A stretch of 60,381 bases of DNA from a virus (lineage: Duplodnaviria > Caudoviricetes), in IMG/VR virus record IMGVR_UViG_3300027419_000035, positions 1-60,381 of that record; one strand, written 5' to 3'. A model generated the notes under the pieces. The model made no database searches and was not told the DNA's origin. It saw nothing but the letters and a program-made list of their open reading frames with translations. Shown piece by piece: positions 1 through 11,389 of the stretch (positions within the stretch are counted from its first letter, which is position 1; every line of letters starts with the position of its first letter). Both the position numbers and the translations under genes were made by a program.

Positions 1-1
1 C

Positions 2-496
2 GGAACGTTAAATTCAACTAGTGCCAGTGGTACTTCTGGTAATCTTTGGGATGTAACGACCTTATCTTTACGTGATACTACTTCAATGGCACAATATGTT
101 GGTAGTGGTCTCTGTTTCGAGTTAAAATATAAAACAGATGGTTCTTATGCAGTAGTTGGTGGTATGTATGTTAGTAAAAACAACTCTACAAGTACTGATT
201 ATAACTCTGATTTGATCTTATGGAATAGAGGAAGTAGTGGAGATATTGTATTTTCTTGGGGAACGACAAAGGGAGATTTATCTACAAATGAAAAATTTAC
301 CTTTACCTCTGCTGGAAATTTTAACGCCACCGGAAACATAACAGCCAAAACATTTAATGTAATGAGATTCAGAGGTTATGGTACAACAGATCCAACAACA
401 GATTTGATCGAGGGAGATGTTTTTGATAACACTACCGGCGGTGGCCATAACGTAAAAATATATTCTAATAGTGCCTGGAGAAGTTTTGCAATTTAA
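2..496 (+). CDS. Tail fibre-like protein, C-terminal part (5' truncated)
   Basis: Frame is open from base 2 (GTLNSTSASG...). G/S/T/N-rich; 'FTFTSAGNFNATGNITA' and 'GTTDPTTDLIEGDVF' resemble phage fibre segments. Confidence 0.6.
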   Translation, partial: GTLNSTSASGTSGNLWDVTTLSLRDTTSMAQYVGSGLCFELKYKTDGSYAVVGGMYVSKNNSTSTDYNSDLILWNRGSSGDIVFSWGTTKGDLSTNEKFTFTSAGNFNATGNITAKTFNVMRFRGYGTTDPTTDLIEGDVFDNTTGGGHNVKIYSNSAWRSFAI

Positions 497-516
497 TAAT
501 ATTTTATGGAATTATA

Positions 517-2460
517 ATGAATATTGATAATAGAATAACTCTTACAAAGACACTTTCAAACCCGGATGAGTTTAATCATAATATTACTCAGTTCAGGAAC
601 GATGTTAGTTCATTAATACTGCAGGAGCTTAACCTTGAAGATTTTATATATAAATACTCTACTATTTATAGTGAAGACTATATAGAACAATTAAGGTTTA
701 CTCTTTTAGAAATGCGAGAAGAATTAATTGCACAAAAGATGTTGTGTGAGAATCTTGAATACTCTACTATTTTCCAGACAAGTTTTAATCAATCTGGTTT
801 ATTCTTACAGTATGATCCAAAATATTATAAAGATCCGAAAACAAACTATACATTTACAAGAGACAGTCTGCTTTCAGTCAACCTAAAGGCCGCAGCATTA
901 CAGTTGCCCATCCTTGATAAGGATACTGCAACGATAAAAAATATTGCCTTCAGCAATATACCTGTTGATAAGTCTTTGGTTTCTTCCACGAAACAGAGTG
1001 TATATCTCTATCAGAATACACCAGACGCATGTAATCTTGATGTTTTAGTAAGATTAAACAGCATTACGGAAATTAATAATATTACATTTAATATCAATAG
1101 TGAGTTTCCTGTTACATTATCAAAAATAGGATATTATAATAATGGTGTATATACTGAATTGAGTAATGTTAATCTGGAGAATCTGACAGGTTATGTAAGT
1201 ATGCCACTTTATTTGAACAATGTAAACATCGAAGCAGATGCGGTATTGCTCAAATTTATCCTTCCCTACTGTAAGGCGACGAACAGGCTATATAATGTTT
1301 CAACTATACAAGAGTTATTACAAAAACTTATAGGTACATCTGAATATATTGAACTTGATAATTACACTTCGGGTGAATACTCAAGTTATGTTTTTCATTT
1401 TGGCATTGATGATATAGAACTAAGCAAAATCACATATCAGACAGAAGGCATCTTTATCGGACAACCTAAAAAGTTCAAAGAACCGGCTCATTTCAAGATC
1501 AGAGTTGACCAACAGTCATCGAATGTTGGCATTGAATATTACCTGTTTATAACAGATTATGACTCCAAGGGAAATAAACTTTTTGGTTCAACAAAACTAA
1601 TTCCGATACTTATTGATGGCCAGACAAGTGTCGTTCGGGAAGTAATTAAATTTGTCAATAACAAAGCTATCTTGAATTTTTATCCTGACGATATAGAAAA
1701 TGTAAGTCTTTACTGTGATGACGTTGTTGTTGCGGAATTCAATTTGTCTGGCAAAACAATTACTCTGACCGGCACGAACGATTCAAGTATATATACCGTA
1801 AGTTATATTCCTTTCCACCTTACCAAAGACTATGTAACGCCACTTGTAAATCCACAGACAACTGTTGAATATGAACATGAGTTTATATATGATAATAATA
1901 ATGAATGCAAAGTTCTGATTACTACAGACGAAGGAGGGGTTAAAACAATTGCAGAAACTACACCGAATAATGAAGATGGTATTTCATATATCAAAATGGT
2001 CCTTCCATATGCTTATGATCCGACAAAAGCAATTACTATAAAACGTTATCTGAATAATAACAAGAATTTGCTTGATGATGCCGCACCCGTATTCTATATG
2101 TCCGGGGAAAATCAGAATGTATTTATTGTCGGAAGAATTCTGTATTTGCCGTTTAATTCCAGTTTATATCCAAAACTTACAACGTCTCTGTATATAGTAA
2201 AAGGAACATTGTTAAACATTTCAGTTACAGACGATGTATTGCTTTATTACGGCAAAGATAATTCTCTGATAATAAACTATGATGCTTTTGCTGCGTTATA
2301 TGGATCGACTTACAGTTATACACTTATTAATCCTGTTATAATCGCGCGCCTGCAGGATCTTACAAATACAGAAACATTTCTTAATCTCAAAAAATTCTAT
2401 CTGTATTCAAACACATTTAATGATTACATCCAAAATCCTAAAATATTAATAGAAACATGA
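517..2460 (+). CDS. Putative virion structural (baseplate/tail) protein
   Basis: 647 aa; helical N-terminus then beta-rich; lies in a tightly coupled structural operon. Confidence 0.5.
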   Translation: MNIDNRITLTKTLSNPDEFNHNITQFRNDVSSLILQELNLEDFIYKYSTIYSEDYIEQLRFTLLEMREELIAQKMLCENLEYSTIFQTSFNQSGLFLQYDPKYYKDPKTNYTFTRDSLLSVNLKAAALQLPILDKDTATIKNIAFSNIPVDKSLVSSTKQSVYLYQNTPDACNLDVLVRLNSITEINNITFNINSEFPVTLSKIGYYNNGVYTELSNVNLENLTGYVSMPLYLNNVNIEADAVLLKFILPYCKATNRLYNVSTIQELLQKLIGTSEYIELDNYTSGEYSSYVFHFGIDDIELSKITYQTEGIFIGQPKKFKEPAHFKIRVDQQSSNVGIEYYLFITDYDSKGNKLFGSTKLIPILIDGQTSVVREVIKFVNNKAILNFYPDDIENVSLYCDDVVVAEFNLSGKTITLTGTNDSSIYTVSYIPFHLTKDYVTPLVNPQTTVEYEHEFIYDNNNECKVLITTDEGGVKTIAETTPNNEDGISYIKMVLPYAYDPTKAITIKRYLNNNKNLLDDAAPVFYMSGENQNVFIVGRILYLPFNSSLYPKLTTSLYIVKGTLLNISVTDDVLLYYGKDNSLIINYDAFAALYGSTYSYTLINPVIIARLQDLTNTETFLNLKKFYLYSNTFNDYIQNPKILIET

Positions 2461-4937
2461 GTATAATTACAGATTCCGGCAAAGACAGTCAGTATATTAA
2501 TGATGTAAAATTTATCGATAAGAAAAAACAACTACAGACCGTACAAGAAAAGCAACTCGCAGATATAAAGAATAAAATGCTTTCTTCGTCTATCAGAGAT
2601 GACAAGTTTTTTACACCTGTTTATTTTACAACTTCCGATTTTGTTATTGGCGAAGAACTTGATGATGCTTTTACACAATGTGCAGAAGACCTTTCTGTCA
2701 TTAATAATGCAATAGATACTCTTACATTGAGTGTAAATAGTTCTAAGGACATTGTAAAAAACAATCATACCAAATTACAGTTAAATATAAACAGACTTTC
2801 TTCGTTCATAGACACTGTAGCGATGTATAATGGAACCGCCTTTTCCAATGTGGTTCCAATAACAGAATCTTTTGGCAGTGATAATGATTTGGTTAATAAC
2901 TCAATAAGCCTGCTTGCTGATACATTTGAACAGAAGTTAACCCTGTCCCCTACATTGATAGAGGTTGATAATCTGTCTAATACCACTATAGTTGTAAATG
3001 ATACGTCAAACGGTGCATTTACAAATGAATCACCAGCGGATAATATTATCGATGGTTCTGATGTCACATATGCCGAATACTATCAGACGGCATCTGCCGG
3101 CAAATTGCAGTTGAACTTTAATATTATTCTTGAAACACCAAAGATTATTAATTATCTGTCTATTGTCCCCAATAATTTCAATACCCAAAACTGGATACAT
3201 GTTGAAGATATACTTACATCTGTCGACGGATCTTCTTTTACATCAATTTATGATAGTAATACCTTTTACCGGAAGTTTCTGTTTAAGGAAGAAGATAATG
3301 CTACCATTGTAGAATTAAATCCGAATAAAAACAAATCTATAAATAAATTTATCTTTGATTTTCAACCTATCCGTGCAAAATACATTCAGATTATACTTTC
3401 ACAGGAACAATTGCATCCGGAAACCGACAACCTGCGTATAGGTATAAACGATATAAGTATCGGAAGAATAAAATATAAGACTTCTGGAAGTGTTGTAATA
3501 AAAAAGCTATGTAATCCTGCCGATGTCAAAACACTTGCTATACACACAGATCAGAGGTCGCTTGTTGATTCAAGAATATTGATCGTTACATATCAGATAT
3601 CATTTGACCAAAATACCTGGTATGATATACAACCCGTATCTTCGAGCGGAACTAAACCTGAAGTACTTTATTTTAACTCATCATGGCAATCTGGTTCGGT
3701 TGATTTGTCGGCGGTTGATAGTGATTATATTTATATCAAGGTTTCGATGTCAAAGAATACGAGTGTTTCGGATATAAATGATTTGTTATCTTCATATTCT
3801 GTAAGTACAAATGAATATTTTACTTTTCCGGTTCTGTCTCCATATAAACTAACACTAAATAAGACTGCCGTTAAAAGCAGTATTAATCTCTTTGCCCTAC
3901 CATATATGGCTGCCGGGAAAACTGGTCTTAATGATAAGGTTCTTGGTACCGTTGAGGCAAATGTATTTTATTATGAATTTGCCGTACCATTTAACTTGAA
4001 CGATATGGCTGAGATTTTTATCGGACAGAGATCTATCCAGAAATACAGTACCATTGAAAACTTGTTACTTACTGAGGATGTGGGATATTACTACGAAAAC
4101 AATATTATACATATTGCTTTCTATACGGGTCATATTGAACGCAATAATGTAAATGATCCCATCCTTATGTCAATCAACAATGATACTGCTATAATATCAA
4201 AAAACAATTCTTATGCGGGTCAACTTGTTACACTAAGAATCAATGCAGAAATTGTTTCAAGTAAAAGTAGATGTATAACATTATCCTATGCAACTGATGG
4301 TATCAAAGAAAACATTTCTGTCAGACGTCTGAAATTTGATACTGACGGAAAAATATTACAGACTGTAAATATAGATTTGCTTCCTGCTGGGATGAATCAG
4401 TTAAGACTTTCGGCTAAACCTATTTCAACAGAAATAGTAGAAATACTCGGAAGGCATCAAATAAAATTCACAAACGGAGTCAATGAATTTATTGATGCTG
4501 ATGATGATAGTTTCTCAATTGATTATGACAATAGAGTCCTTTATCTGAAAACGGTTTCTACTGCAAAACTTGGTGTCAGTTATCTTAAAGAAGAGGCATT
4601 TGAATTGAATTTAGATGACTTTGATATTGCCTCTGATTTTCAGACTGCAACCATAAGAGAGTGGGCGTTTGATCCCGATTCATATTACGAATTTAAATAT
4701 AATATATCTGTTACTGTTCCTAACAGTTGCTATACTGTCTCTGCAGATAATAATTCAATACAGATAACTGATATAGAAATAATGAAATCCCTACTTGGCA
4801 TCAGTACGTTTACAGATTCAAATCTAAAGATCAAAATAAGTTATTTATATAAAGAAAATCTTAAGGAAGTTCTTGGAGAAATTGCCGATTATATTTCTCC
4901 GGTTCTTAATAAACTTACAATATTATATAGTATATAA
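2457..4937 (+). CDS. Putative baseplate/tail protein with galactose-binding/discoidin-like domain
   Basis: 826 aa; ATGA overlap with upstream gene; 'NIIDGSDVTY', 'FQPIRAKYIQIILSQ', 'GINDISI' are discoidin-like motifs. Confidence 0.55.
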   Translation: MSIITDSGKDSQYINDVKFIDKKKQLQTVQEKQLADIKNKMLSSSIRDDKFFTPVYFTTSDFVIGEELDDAFTQCAEDLSVINNAIDTLTLSVNSSKDIVKNNHTKLQLNINRLSSFIDTVAMYNGTAFSNVVPITESFGSDNDLVNNSISLLADTFEQKLTLSPTLIEVDNLSNTTIVVNDTSNGAFTNESPADNIIDGSDVTYAEYYQTASAGKLQLNFNIILETPKIINYLSIVPNNFNTQNWIHVEDILTSVDGSSFTSIYDSNTFYRKFLFKEEDNATIVELNPNKNKSINKFIFDFQPIRAKYIQIILSQEQLHPETDNLRIGINDISIGRIKYKTSGSVVIKKLCNPADVKTLAIHTDQRSLVDSRILIVTYQISFDQNTWYDIQPVSSSGTKPEVLYFNSSWQSGSVDLSAVDSDYIYIKVSMSKNTSVSDINDLLSSYSVSTNEYFTFPVLSPYKLTLNKTAVKSSINLFALPYMAAGKTGLNDKVLGTVEANVFYYEFAVPFNLNDMAEIFIGQRSIQKYSTIENLLLTEDVGYYYENNIIHIAFYTGHIERNNVNDPILMSINNDTAIISKNNSYAGQLVTLRINAEIVSSKSRCITLSYATDGIKENISVRRLKFDTDGKILQTVNIDLLPAGMNQLRLSAKPISTEIVEILGRHQIKFTNGVNEFIDADDDSFSIDYDNRVLYLKTVSTAKLGVSYLKEEAFELNLDDFDIASDFQTATIREWAFDPDSYYEFKYNISVTVPNSCYTVSADNNSIQITDIEIMKSLLGISTFTDSNLKIKISYLYKENLKEVLGEIADYISPVLNKLTILYSI

Positions 4938-4938
4938 A

Positions 4939-6792
4939 ATGAAATTTACAGACATAAGAGAGCAGGTAATAAAACAATTCATAATAAAAGAATTACTTGA
5001 TGAAAGTATTTATCCATCACTAGAACTGGTGTGTGCAATGCTTATCAGGGATTATCAGAATAGTAATATTGGACAATGTCTTCTATTAAATAAACATCTG
5101 ATTGTTAATGGTGAAACTGCTTCCGCCAGAAAAATAAATGAAATTATGAAACTTATGGATATAGATATCCAAACATTATACAAATTTATCGAGTATCTTG
5201 AGAAATTATATACGGATTCGCAATCCGCAGCCCTGCAAAAGATAAATGCACTCAATCGGCTTTGTGCAGAACTTGAATCATACGCAAAAGCGATCCTTCT
5301 TTCTAATACTGATGTCTCCGGAACAACTGAAATTATCAGTGAATCGTTTTATAATACAGGCAAAATAGATCTATTAAATACGACAGCAAATGTTGATGTA
5401 TCAAAAAATGAAATTACGGCAAGAAAAGAGAACATAAAAACATATACCAATTTTGCCTCATATGTAATAAATCCTATTATTACAACATCAACAAGTAATA
5501 TAAAAATAATTCAGGATAAGGACATTACAAATGCATTTGATAATTCTCTAGCAACATATTTTATTTATAAAGCATATACTCCGGACCAAGGGATATTTGA
5601 AATATCAATAAAACTTCCATTAAAAAAGGTCATTGAATTATCCCAGTTATCAATGGATCTTTGTGGTTCAAAATATGATGTTAGTCTTGTAATGCGTGTT
5701 AATGGTATTTATAACAATATTGCCAACTATGCAACTTATACAGACCAGTGTGTTATCAATTTCGATCCTGTCGAAACTGATTATATTATAATAAAATTAA
5801 GATCTGCATCCGGTACAAAGTGTAATGCTGGTATTGAATATATTTTTAATCTAAATAATATCCGTTTTTCAAAATTGAATTTCAGTAGTGAGTCCATATT
5901 TACTACTTCCGAAATTAATACAGACAGTGATTTTTCTATTATTGGTCTCTATACCGAAGAAACAATTCCAAATACTGGAAATATTTTATATACAGTACAT
6001 TGGAAAACAGAAAATAATGGCATTGCAAGTTGGCATACAAGTTCAATTTTTCCATATAATCACAGTGGAATCGATCTTACTAAATATTTGAACATTGACG
6101 AATCATCAGAATCGATCATATCAATAAAAACGATTGATTTCACATTGGTGCATCCGTATATTTGCAAAGCAAATATATCTACAACAGCTACTTTAGATTC
6201 TGATCAATATAATAATCTCCGTTATGTTCAACCCAAACTGCTCAGAAATCTTGGTGGTTTTGATATCTTCAATAGTGACACTGGCATAATTACTACTGTC
6301 TTATATGTTGTCAGCGATTTTACTGTAGATTTTTCACTGATTCCAGGAATAATAACCGGGGGTAGTTATAAAAACTATAAGATTACAAACAAACTTTCTT
6401 TAAGTCCCGGTTTCTATACATTTTCATTTAACAGTAGCAACCTAATAAGCACATACAAAACTTACCTAGATTCAATTGTAGGTGATAATTTTAAATATGG
6501 TTCGAATGTAGCTTCTTATGTCATTCCACAGGACTTTATTAACCGCATTGAAGATAATAATTATAATGTCCATACCATATTGCCAAACAAAGACGGCGGA
6601 TATAATCTTGTTATAAAAATGTTGAATGGCAATGTAACTTCCGACACGACATGGGATAAAGAAAGTATGCTCTTTGTTTATGCCAGTTTCAGTCCGAATC
6701 AGATCGGCAAGGCGGTAAAACTTGTGGCAAAAATAACTTCGTCTGGAACAGAGACGCCAAAATTAAAACAATTTAAAATCAAATTGAGTTAA
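4939..6792 (+). CDS. Putative baseplate/tail protein, similar in architecture to the two upstream genes
   Basis: ATG at 4939 just after the upstream stop; 'NAFDNS', 'FDPVETDYIIIKL', C-terminal 'TPKLKQFKIK'. Confidence 0.55.
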   Translation: MKFTDIREQVIKQFIIKELLDESIYPSLELVCAMLIRDYQNSNIGQCLLLNKHLIVNGETASARKINEIMKLMDIDIQTLYKFIEYLEKLYTDSQSAALQKINALNRLCAELESYAKAILLSNTDVSGTTEIISESFYNTGKIDLLNTTANVDVSKNEITARKENIKTYTNFASYVINPIITTSTSNIKIIQDKDITNAFDNSLATYFIYKAYTPDQGIFEISIKLPLKKVIELSQLSMDLCGSKYDVSLVMRVNGIYNNIANYATYTDQCVINFDPVETDYIIIKLRSASGTKCNAGIEYIFNLNNIRFSKLNFSSESIFTTSEINTDSDFSIIGLYTEETIPNTGNILYTVHWKTENNGIASWHTSSIFPYNHSGIDLTKYLNIDESSESIISIKTIDFTLVHPYICKANISTTATLDSDQYNNLRYVQPKLLRNLGGFDIFNSDTGIITTVLYVVSDFTVDFSLIPGIITGGSYKNYKITNKLSLSPGFYTFSFNSSNLISTYKTYLDSIVGDNFKYGSNVASYVIPQDFINRIEDNNYNVHTILPNKDGGYNLVIKMLNGNVTSDTTWDKESMLFVYASFSPNQIGKAVKLVAKITSSGTETPKLKQFKIKLS

Positions 6793-6795
6793 AAT

Positions 6796-7398
6796 ATGAA
6801 TTTGCAATTCGATCAATCAACGATGCCAATCTCAGTAGCAAAGGGAGCTTCGTTTAAATCAGAAGATATCAATGCCTTTACCAAGGCGACTGCCGGCGAT
6901 TTTGCAACACTGTCTTCGCTATTGAACGATAATGTGTTCAAAATATTAAATACGCTGCCTGCCTTTTATGATCCTGAAAATAGTCATCTTGATGGTAAGG
7001 GTTTTTATGTTGATTCAGATTCGACTATTGTCAAGGATAACGGTTTATTTTATTTAAATGACACGCAGAATGCCAGCAACAGCAGGCCACTTACTGTATA
7101 TGAGACTTTTATTTTGATCATGCAGATACTTGCCAACATAGAAAATGCACAACGTGAAGGAGTTACCGTTGGTTCATATGCAAATAAGGTGGCCGTCAGT
7201 TCTACGTCTTCGCTAACATATGTTTGGCCATATGCAGACAGAATTTATCAGTCTAATCTTTTTGAGATTTCCGGAGGCAATATTGTTCCGGCAACTCTTA
7301 CTTATTCTTTAAATCCAACAACCAAGATATTAACCGTTTCCTCGGCATCTCCTAAAAATATCTGGGGTTATATCTGGCATCCAGTATATTCATTTTAA
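6796..7398 (+). CDS. Putative structural protein
   Basis: 200 aa ORF inside the structural operon. Confidence 0.45.
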   Translation: MNLQFDQSTMPISVAKGASFKSEDINAFTKATAGDFATLSSLLNDNVFKILNTLPAFYDPENSHLDGKGFYVDSDSTIVKDNGLFYLNDTQNASNSRPLTVYETFILIMQILANIENAQREGVTVGSYANKVAVSSTSSLTYVWPYADRIYQSNLFEISGGNIVPATLTYSLNPTTKILTVSSASPKNIWGYIWHPVYSF

Positions 7399-7407
7399 GG
7401 TAACAGC

Positions 7408-10400
7408 ATGAGCAACAGTACATTTCAGTTTAAATCCACATCAGACAGTCCTGCTCGATTTGAATTTGTTGATATAATTAAAAACACTCCGCGTAATCCG
7501 CAGGATTATGCAGACCTGCAAAGTATTATACGGTTCAGGTTAGCCTCGATGGTTTCTGAATTATTTGGCAACTGTCGTATATCTCAGGTCACAGGTCCGT
7601 TTACAGTAGAGACCGTTGAAACAGTAAAATATTTTAAAGCAGATGGCATATGGTACATTGATGGTTATCGTATTGAGCTTAATGATGTGATTGCATCAAA
7701 TAGTGTTTCCAATACCAACGACTATTGTATCTGGTTCGGTTTTGAATTTGCAGATGTCAGTACGGATATATATAACGGCGGCGTTATGCACGATACATTT
7801 ACCGGCAGTCTGATTGAAACATCGAAACGGGTTATTATGGACGTCGGTGTAGCGGTTAGCGCATCATCTGATGTTGTTCCGTCCGAACTGGATGAATATG
7901 CTTATAAATATTATATTGCAGATGCACACTGGGATGCAGAAAACGTAACCTGGACATTTGACGAATCGTCCTCTTTTAAATTAATAAATCAGAAATATTC
8001 CGATGCACTTGATAATATTAGTCGTGCAGTCAGCAAACTTGCCTTAGATGATAAAACAGTAGAGATTGGACGTCTTGTTACGGACAATACAACTGCAAAG
8101 GCAAAATTGCTTTTCGAACAAGTTACCAATGAAAAATTAATGTTTGGTTTTACAAATGATTCCGGCAAATTGCTCGGAGCATTGGAAATTGTCAAAGAAA
8201 ATGACGAGTGGAATCCTGTTCTTTGGATGAAGGAAGACACAACCGGTTATCCATTGTCATATATGACACCGGATGGTTTTTCCGTATTTGATAATAAAGG
8301 CCAGGTAGGAAGGTTTGATAATAAGAGTATAGCTTTTGGAAACAACACAACCGGATTTTCCGCAAATAATAAAGAGATTAAATATACTACATCTGGCAAA
8401 AAAGGTTTTCATGTTAAACGCGAAGTAAATGAGTCTTCCCAAAAACTGCTCGATGTTACACCCGATGAAGGTAATATAGTTGCAACACCCGATGATCCTA
8501 TATATGAAACAGGATCTTCCTTTGCAACTTATAATACCGGTAATCCTGTATCTGCAGATACAACTGCCATTTATACTTTCGTTTTTACCGAGATACCCAA
8601 TGACAGACATTTCCAGGTTAATCACAGACTTGCCCTTGCCGATAACTGCCTTACAAGCGGGTTTGTAAAAGTAGATGTACACGTTAAAAGTGGTACTGAT
8701 ACGTATACATTTGTTGATACACAGAAATACCTGTTGAAACCTGGCGATGTTATTGTTGATGATCCGTTTCTTATTGCACTGCCGAGAAAGTTCGATATAG
8801 ACAAAGATGCAAACAATGCAACAGTGAAACTTACTTACTCACTTGAAACATTTACCGCTGATTATAATATTGCAGCTGAAGTTGGTTTTAAACACGACGA
8901 GAATATTAGTTACGAATTGGTTGCTGATATGTCGGTTGTAACTGAAGTTGACGTCCTCAGAATCAATGACCATGTTTTGTATGTTGATGACAACGGTAAA
9001 CTCAGAATGAAAGAATTGTCGAATCTTACAAATCCGGCTGCTGAAGTTGCTCTGTTAAAAGACAGTACTAAAGGATATTCTGAGGGAATACGTACAGTCG
9101 GAGGTGCAACGTCTGTTATTGTCGATTACAATTCTACTGACATACCCGAACCTATATATGAGGATGAGAACTTTGTATTTCCTGTTGTGGACAAAATTGC
9201 CGCCGCTACAGGAGCGGGTCTTATGAGCAAGGAAGCTTATAATACACTGCTTTCGTTAGAAGGTTCGTTCAGTTCGCTTGCCGTTGCAAACAGGTATCCG
9301 AGAAATACTGTTTTTGTTTCCAACCAATGGAGAAATGATTTGGACTATGATGCAGTTACAAATAATTTTCCTTATTTCAGTGACATCCAGTCGGCTATCA
9401 ACTGGATACAAAATCCTGTTGCCAATAATGGTGGTGGAAGCGATTCCGCAAGTGGCACTGCCACAGATAGTAGTGGCGCTGTAATTATTCTATATCCAGG
9501 TGAGTATGGTTCAGGTACACAGGAAATAAAACTTGTTCCATATTCATACTCACTAAACAAACCGATTGCTATTGTCGCTCCATGGCGCGGTACTACAAAA
9601 ATTACTGCTACTATTAAGGATGGAGAACAGGCGGCGACCGCCTTTATAGATGTTCCTGTCGAACCTACCGGTGGTGTAAGAGCGTTAATATCCGGCAATT
9701 CAGGATCCAATATAGTGTTTGGTCCTAATGCTACGATTACTGCCGGCATCAATAATACAAATGGGTTGATTGCTATTAATTCTGCTGATACAGTTCATTT
9801 CTATGGATCAATTTCACATCTTGGAACTGCTACCGGGCAAAACGGAATTATACAGATCGGATATAATGGAACCGGAAACGTTAATGTACATTTTCATAAT
9901 ATAATTACACATACAGGCGGATGTTTGTTTAATATAAGTAGTGGCAATGTTTATCTTCATAGTCAGGTTGTATCTACTGAAACTTCTACCAATTACCAAA
10001 GCAATGCACTCTTTTATATTAATAACAATGTTGCAAAAGCAGTTAATCTTTATATAAATGAAGATATCATAATGAGTAATCTGCAGTTTATATACTCAAC
10101 ATCAACACAGTCATCTGCCAACGTGAATATCAAAGTTAAGGGAGACGTCACAGCAAACTTTTCTGCCGACACTGCATTTGTAAATCTGATAAAAACTAAA
10201 CTTGAATTCAGCGGACATCTGAAAAATACAAATACGATTTATACCGATAACAAATCTGTCTTTGCCGTTGGAGATCTTTCAAGACTTATAACAAGAAACA
10301 CCCTTCTCGAAGTTGCTTATGGTAGTATAATTTCATTAAGCGGGAATACTCCTGGTATGCTCGTGACAAATTCGACACTTATAACAAAGAACGATGCCAT

Positions 10401-10545
10401 AGGTACTTATTCAATCAAGAATAGCGGTACCAACTCGCTGTTAGCTGCAACATATTCGCAGGGGAGTCACCCTGTAAGTGCCGGCAGCGCTACATTGGTT
10501 GGTTTGTTTACAGAAAATCCTTCATTACGTGTATTTGTATTTTAA
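7408..10545 (+). CDS. Tail spike / receptor-binding protein with C-terminal parallel beta-helix
   Basis: 1045 aa; 'FSDIQSAINW...VIILYPGEY' beta-helix cap motif followed by about 340 aa of N/G/I/S-rich strands; 'AATGAGLMSKE' fibre motif. Confidence 0.65.
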   Translation: MSNSTFQFKSTSDSPARFEFVDIIKNTPRNPQDYADLQSIIRFRLASMVSELFGNCRISQVTGPFTVETVETVKYFKADGIWYIDGYRIELNDVIASNSVSNTNDYCIWFGFEFADVSTDIYNGGVMHDTFTGSLIETSKRVIMDVGVAVSASSDVVPSELDEYAYKYYIADAHWDAENVTWTFDESSSFKLINQKYSDALDNISRAVSKLALDDKTVEIGRLVTDNTTAKAKLLFEQVTNEKLMFGFTNDSGKLLGALEIVKENDEWNPVLWMKEDTTGYPLSYMTPDGFSVFDNKGQVGRFDNKSIAFGNNTTGFSANNKEIKYTTSGKKGFHVKREVNESSQKLLDVTPDEGNIVATPDDPIYETGSSFATYNTGNPVSADTTAIYTFVFTEIPNDRHFQVNHRLALADNCLTSGFVKVDVHVKSGTDTYTFVDTQKYLLKPGDVIVDDPFLIALPRKFDIDKDANNATVKLTYSLETFTADYNIAAEVGFKHDENISYELVADMSVVTEVDVLRINDHVLYVDDNGKLRMKELSNLTNPAAEVALLKDSTKGYSEGIRTVGGATSVIVDYNSTDIPEPIYEDENFVFPVVDKIAAATGAGLMSKEAYNTLLSLEGSFSSLAVANRYPRNTVFVSNQWRNDLDYDAVTNNFPYFSDIQSAINWIQNPVANNGGGSDSASGTATDSSGAVIILYPGEYGSGTQEIKLVPYSYSLNKPIAIVAPWRGTTKITATIKDGEQAATAFIDVPVEPTGGVRALISGNSGSNIVFGPNATITAGINNTNGLIAINSADTVHFYGSISHLGTATGQNGIIQIGYNGTGNVNVHFHNIITHTGGCLFNISSGNVYLHSQVVSTETSTNYQSNALFYINNNVAKAVNLYINEDIIMSNLQFIYSTSTQSSANVNIKVKGDVTANFSADTAFVNLIKTKLEFSGHLKNTNTIYTDNKSVFAVGDLSRLITRNTLLEVAYGSIISLSGNTPGMLVTNSTLITKNDAIGTYSIKNSGTNSLLAATYSQGSHPVSAGSATLVGLFTENPSLRVFVF

Positions 10546-10547
10546 TT

Positions 10548-10928
10548 ATGAATAAAGGTGATATTCTTATTGTCTCTAAAGATAATATTGAATTAAGTGA
10601 TATATATATTATTTATGACAGGACACTTGCGCTCACCTTTTCCATCTTTGGTATTTCTATAGTTAATACGGAAAATCTTGTAAAGGAAAATGCAAAGATT
10701 CTTACGTTGGCTAGAAATATAAATTATCCCCGTCGCAAAATGCTTGGAAATTTTATTGCCGGGTTAATTACGGGAGATGTTCAGACTACTATTAAGGAAA
10801 GAATGAACATTCTTAAATACATCCTCTGGATGTACAAAAAAATATTAAATATTAATTTAATAGACACACCAATACCAGTTAGTATATCTAGTCTTTTAAA
10901 ATCAAGACAATTATTTCATATCAAATAA
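10548..10928 (+). CDS. Hypothetical protein (weak resemblance to a degenerate permuted papain-like fold)
   Basis: 126 aa; starts 'NKGDILIV'; no Cys, so no papain-type nucleophile. Confidence 0.35.
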   Translation: MNKGDILIVSKDNIELSDIYIIYDRTLALTFSIFGISIVNTENLVKENAKILTLARNINYPRRKMLGNFIAGLITGDVQTTIKERMNILKYILWMYKKILNINLIDTPIPVSISSLLKSRQLFHIK

Positions 10929-10957
10929 AATTACCTACAACTACATAAGAGACTATT

Positions 10958-11389
10958 ATGGTCGACCAATTCAAAACCCAGATTGACGATATAAAGAAAC
11001 GTACGTCCGATATTAAAAAGATGTTTGAGAAATATGATTTCAATGGCGATTTATTCGCAAAGATTTTTGATAGGATTCCGGTCTTTATGTTTTATAAAGA
11101 CTGTGAAAATAGAATTATAAAAGTCAATCGGTTTTTCTGTGATGTTTTGAATGTAGAAAAAGAAGATGTAGAAGGAAAGCATATGAGTGAATTCACTGAC
11201 GATAAAATAGTGGTTGCCAAGTATGCACAAAATGATATTGATATAATTGAATCTGGCCAACCAAAGACAGGGATCATTGAGCCAATGTATGATATGGATA
11301 GATGGTTTCGTACTGATAAGTTCCCTGTCTTTGATAAGAAAGGACAGGTCATTGGGGTTCTGGGAATGTCTGTGGAGGTGGTAAAATAA
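10958..11389 (+). CDS. Standalone PAS/PAC domain protein
   Basis: 'IPVFMFYKDCENRIIKVNRFFCDVLNVEKEDVEGK' and 'RWFRTDKFPVFDKKGQVIGVLG' are PAS_4/PAC signatures; no output domain. Confidence 0.85.
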   Translation: MVDQFKTQIDDIKKRTSDIKKMFEKYDFNGDLFAKIFDRIPVFMFYKDCENRIIKVNRFFCDVLNVEKEDVEGKHMSEFTDDKIVVAKYAQNDIDIIESGQPKTGIIEPMYDMDRWFRTDKFPVFDKKGQVIGVLGMSVEVVK

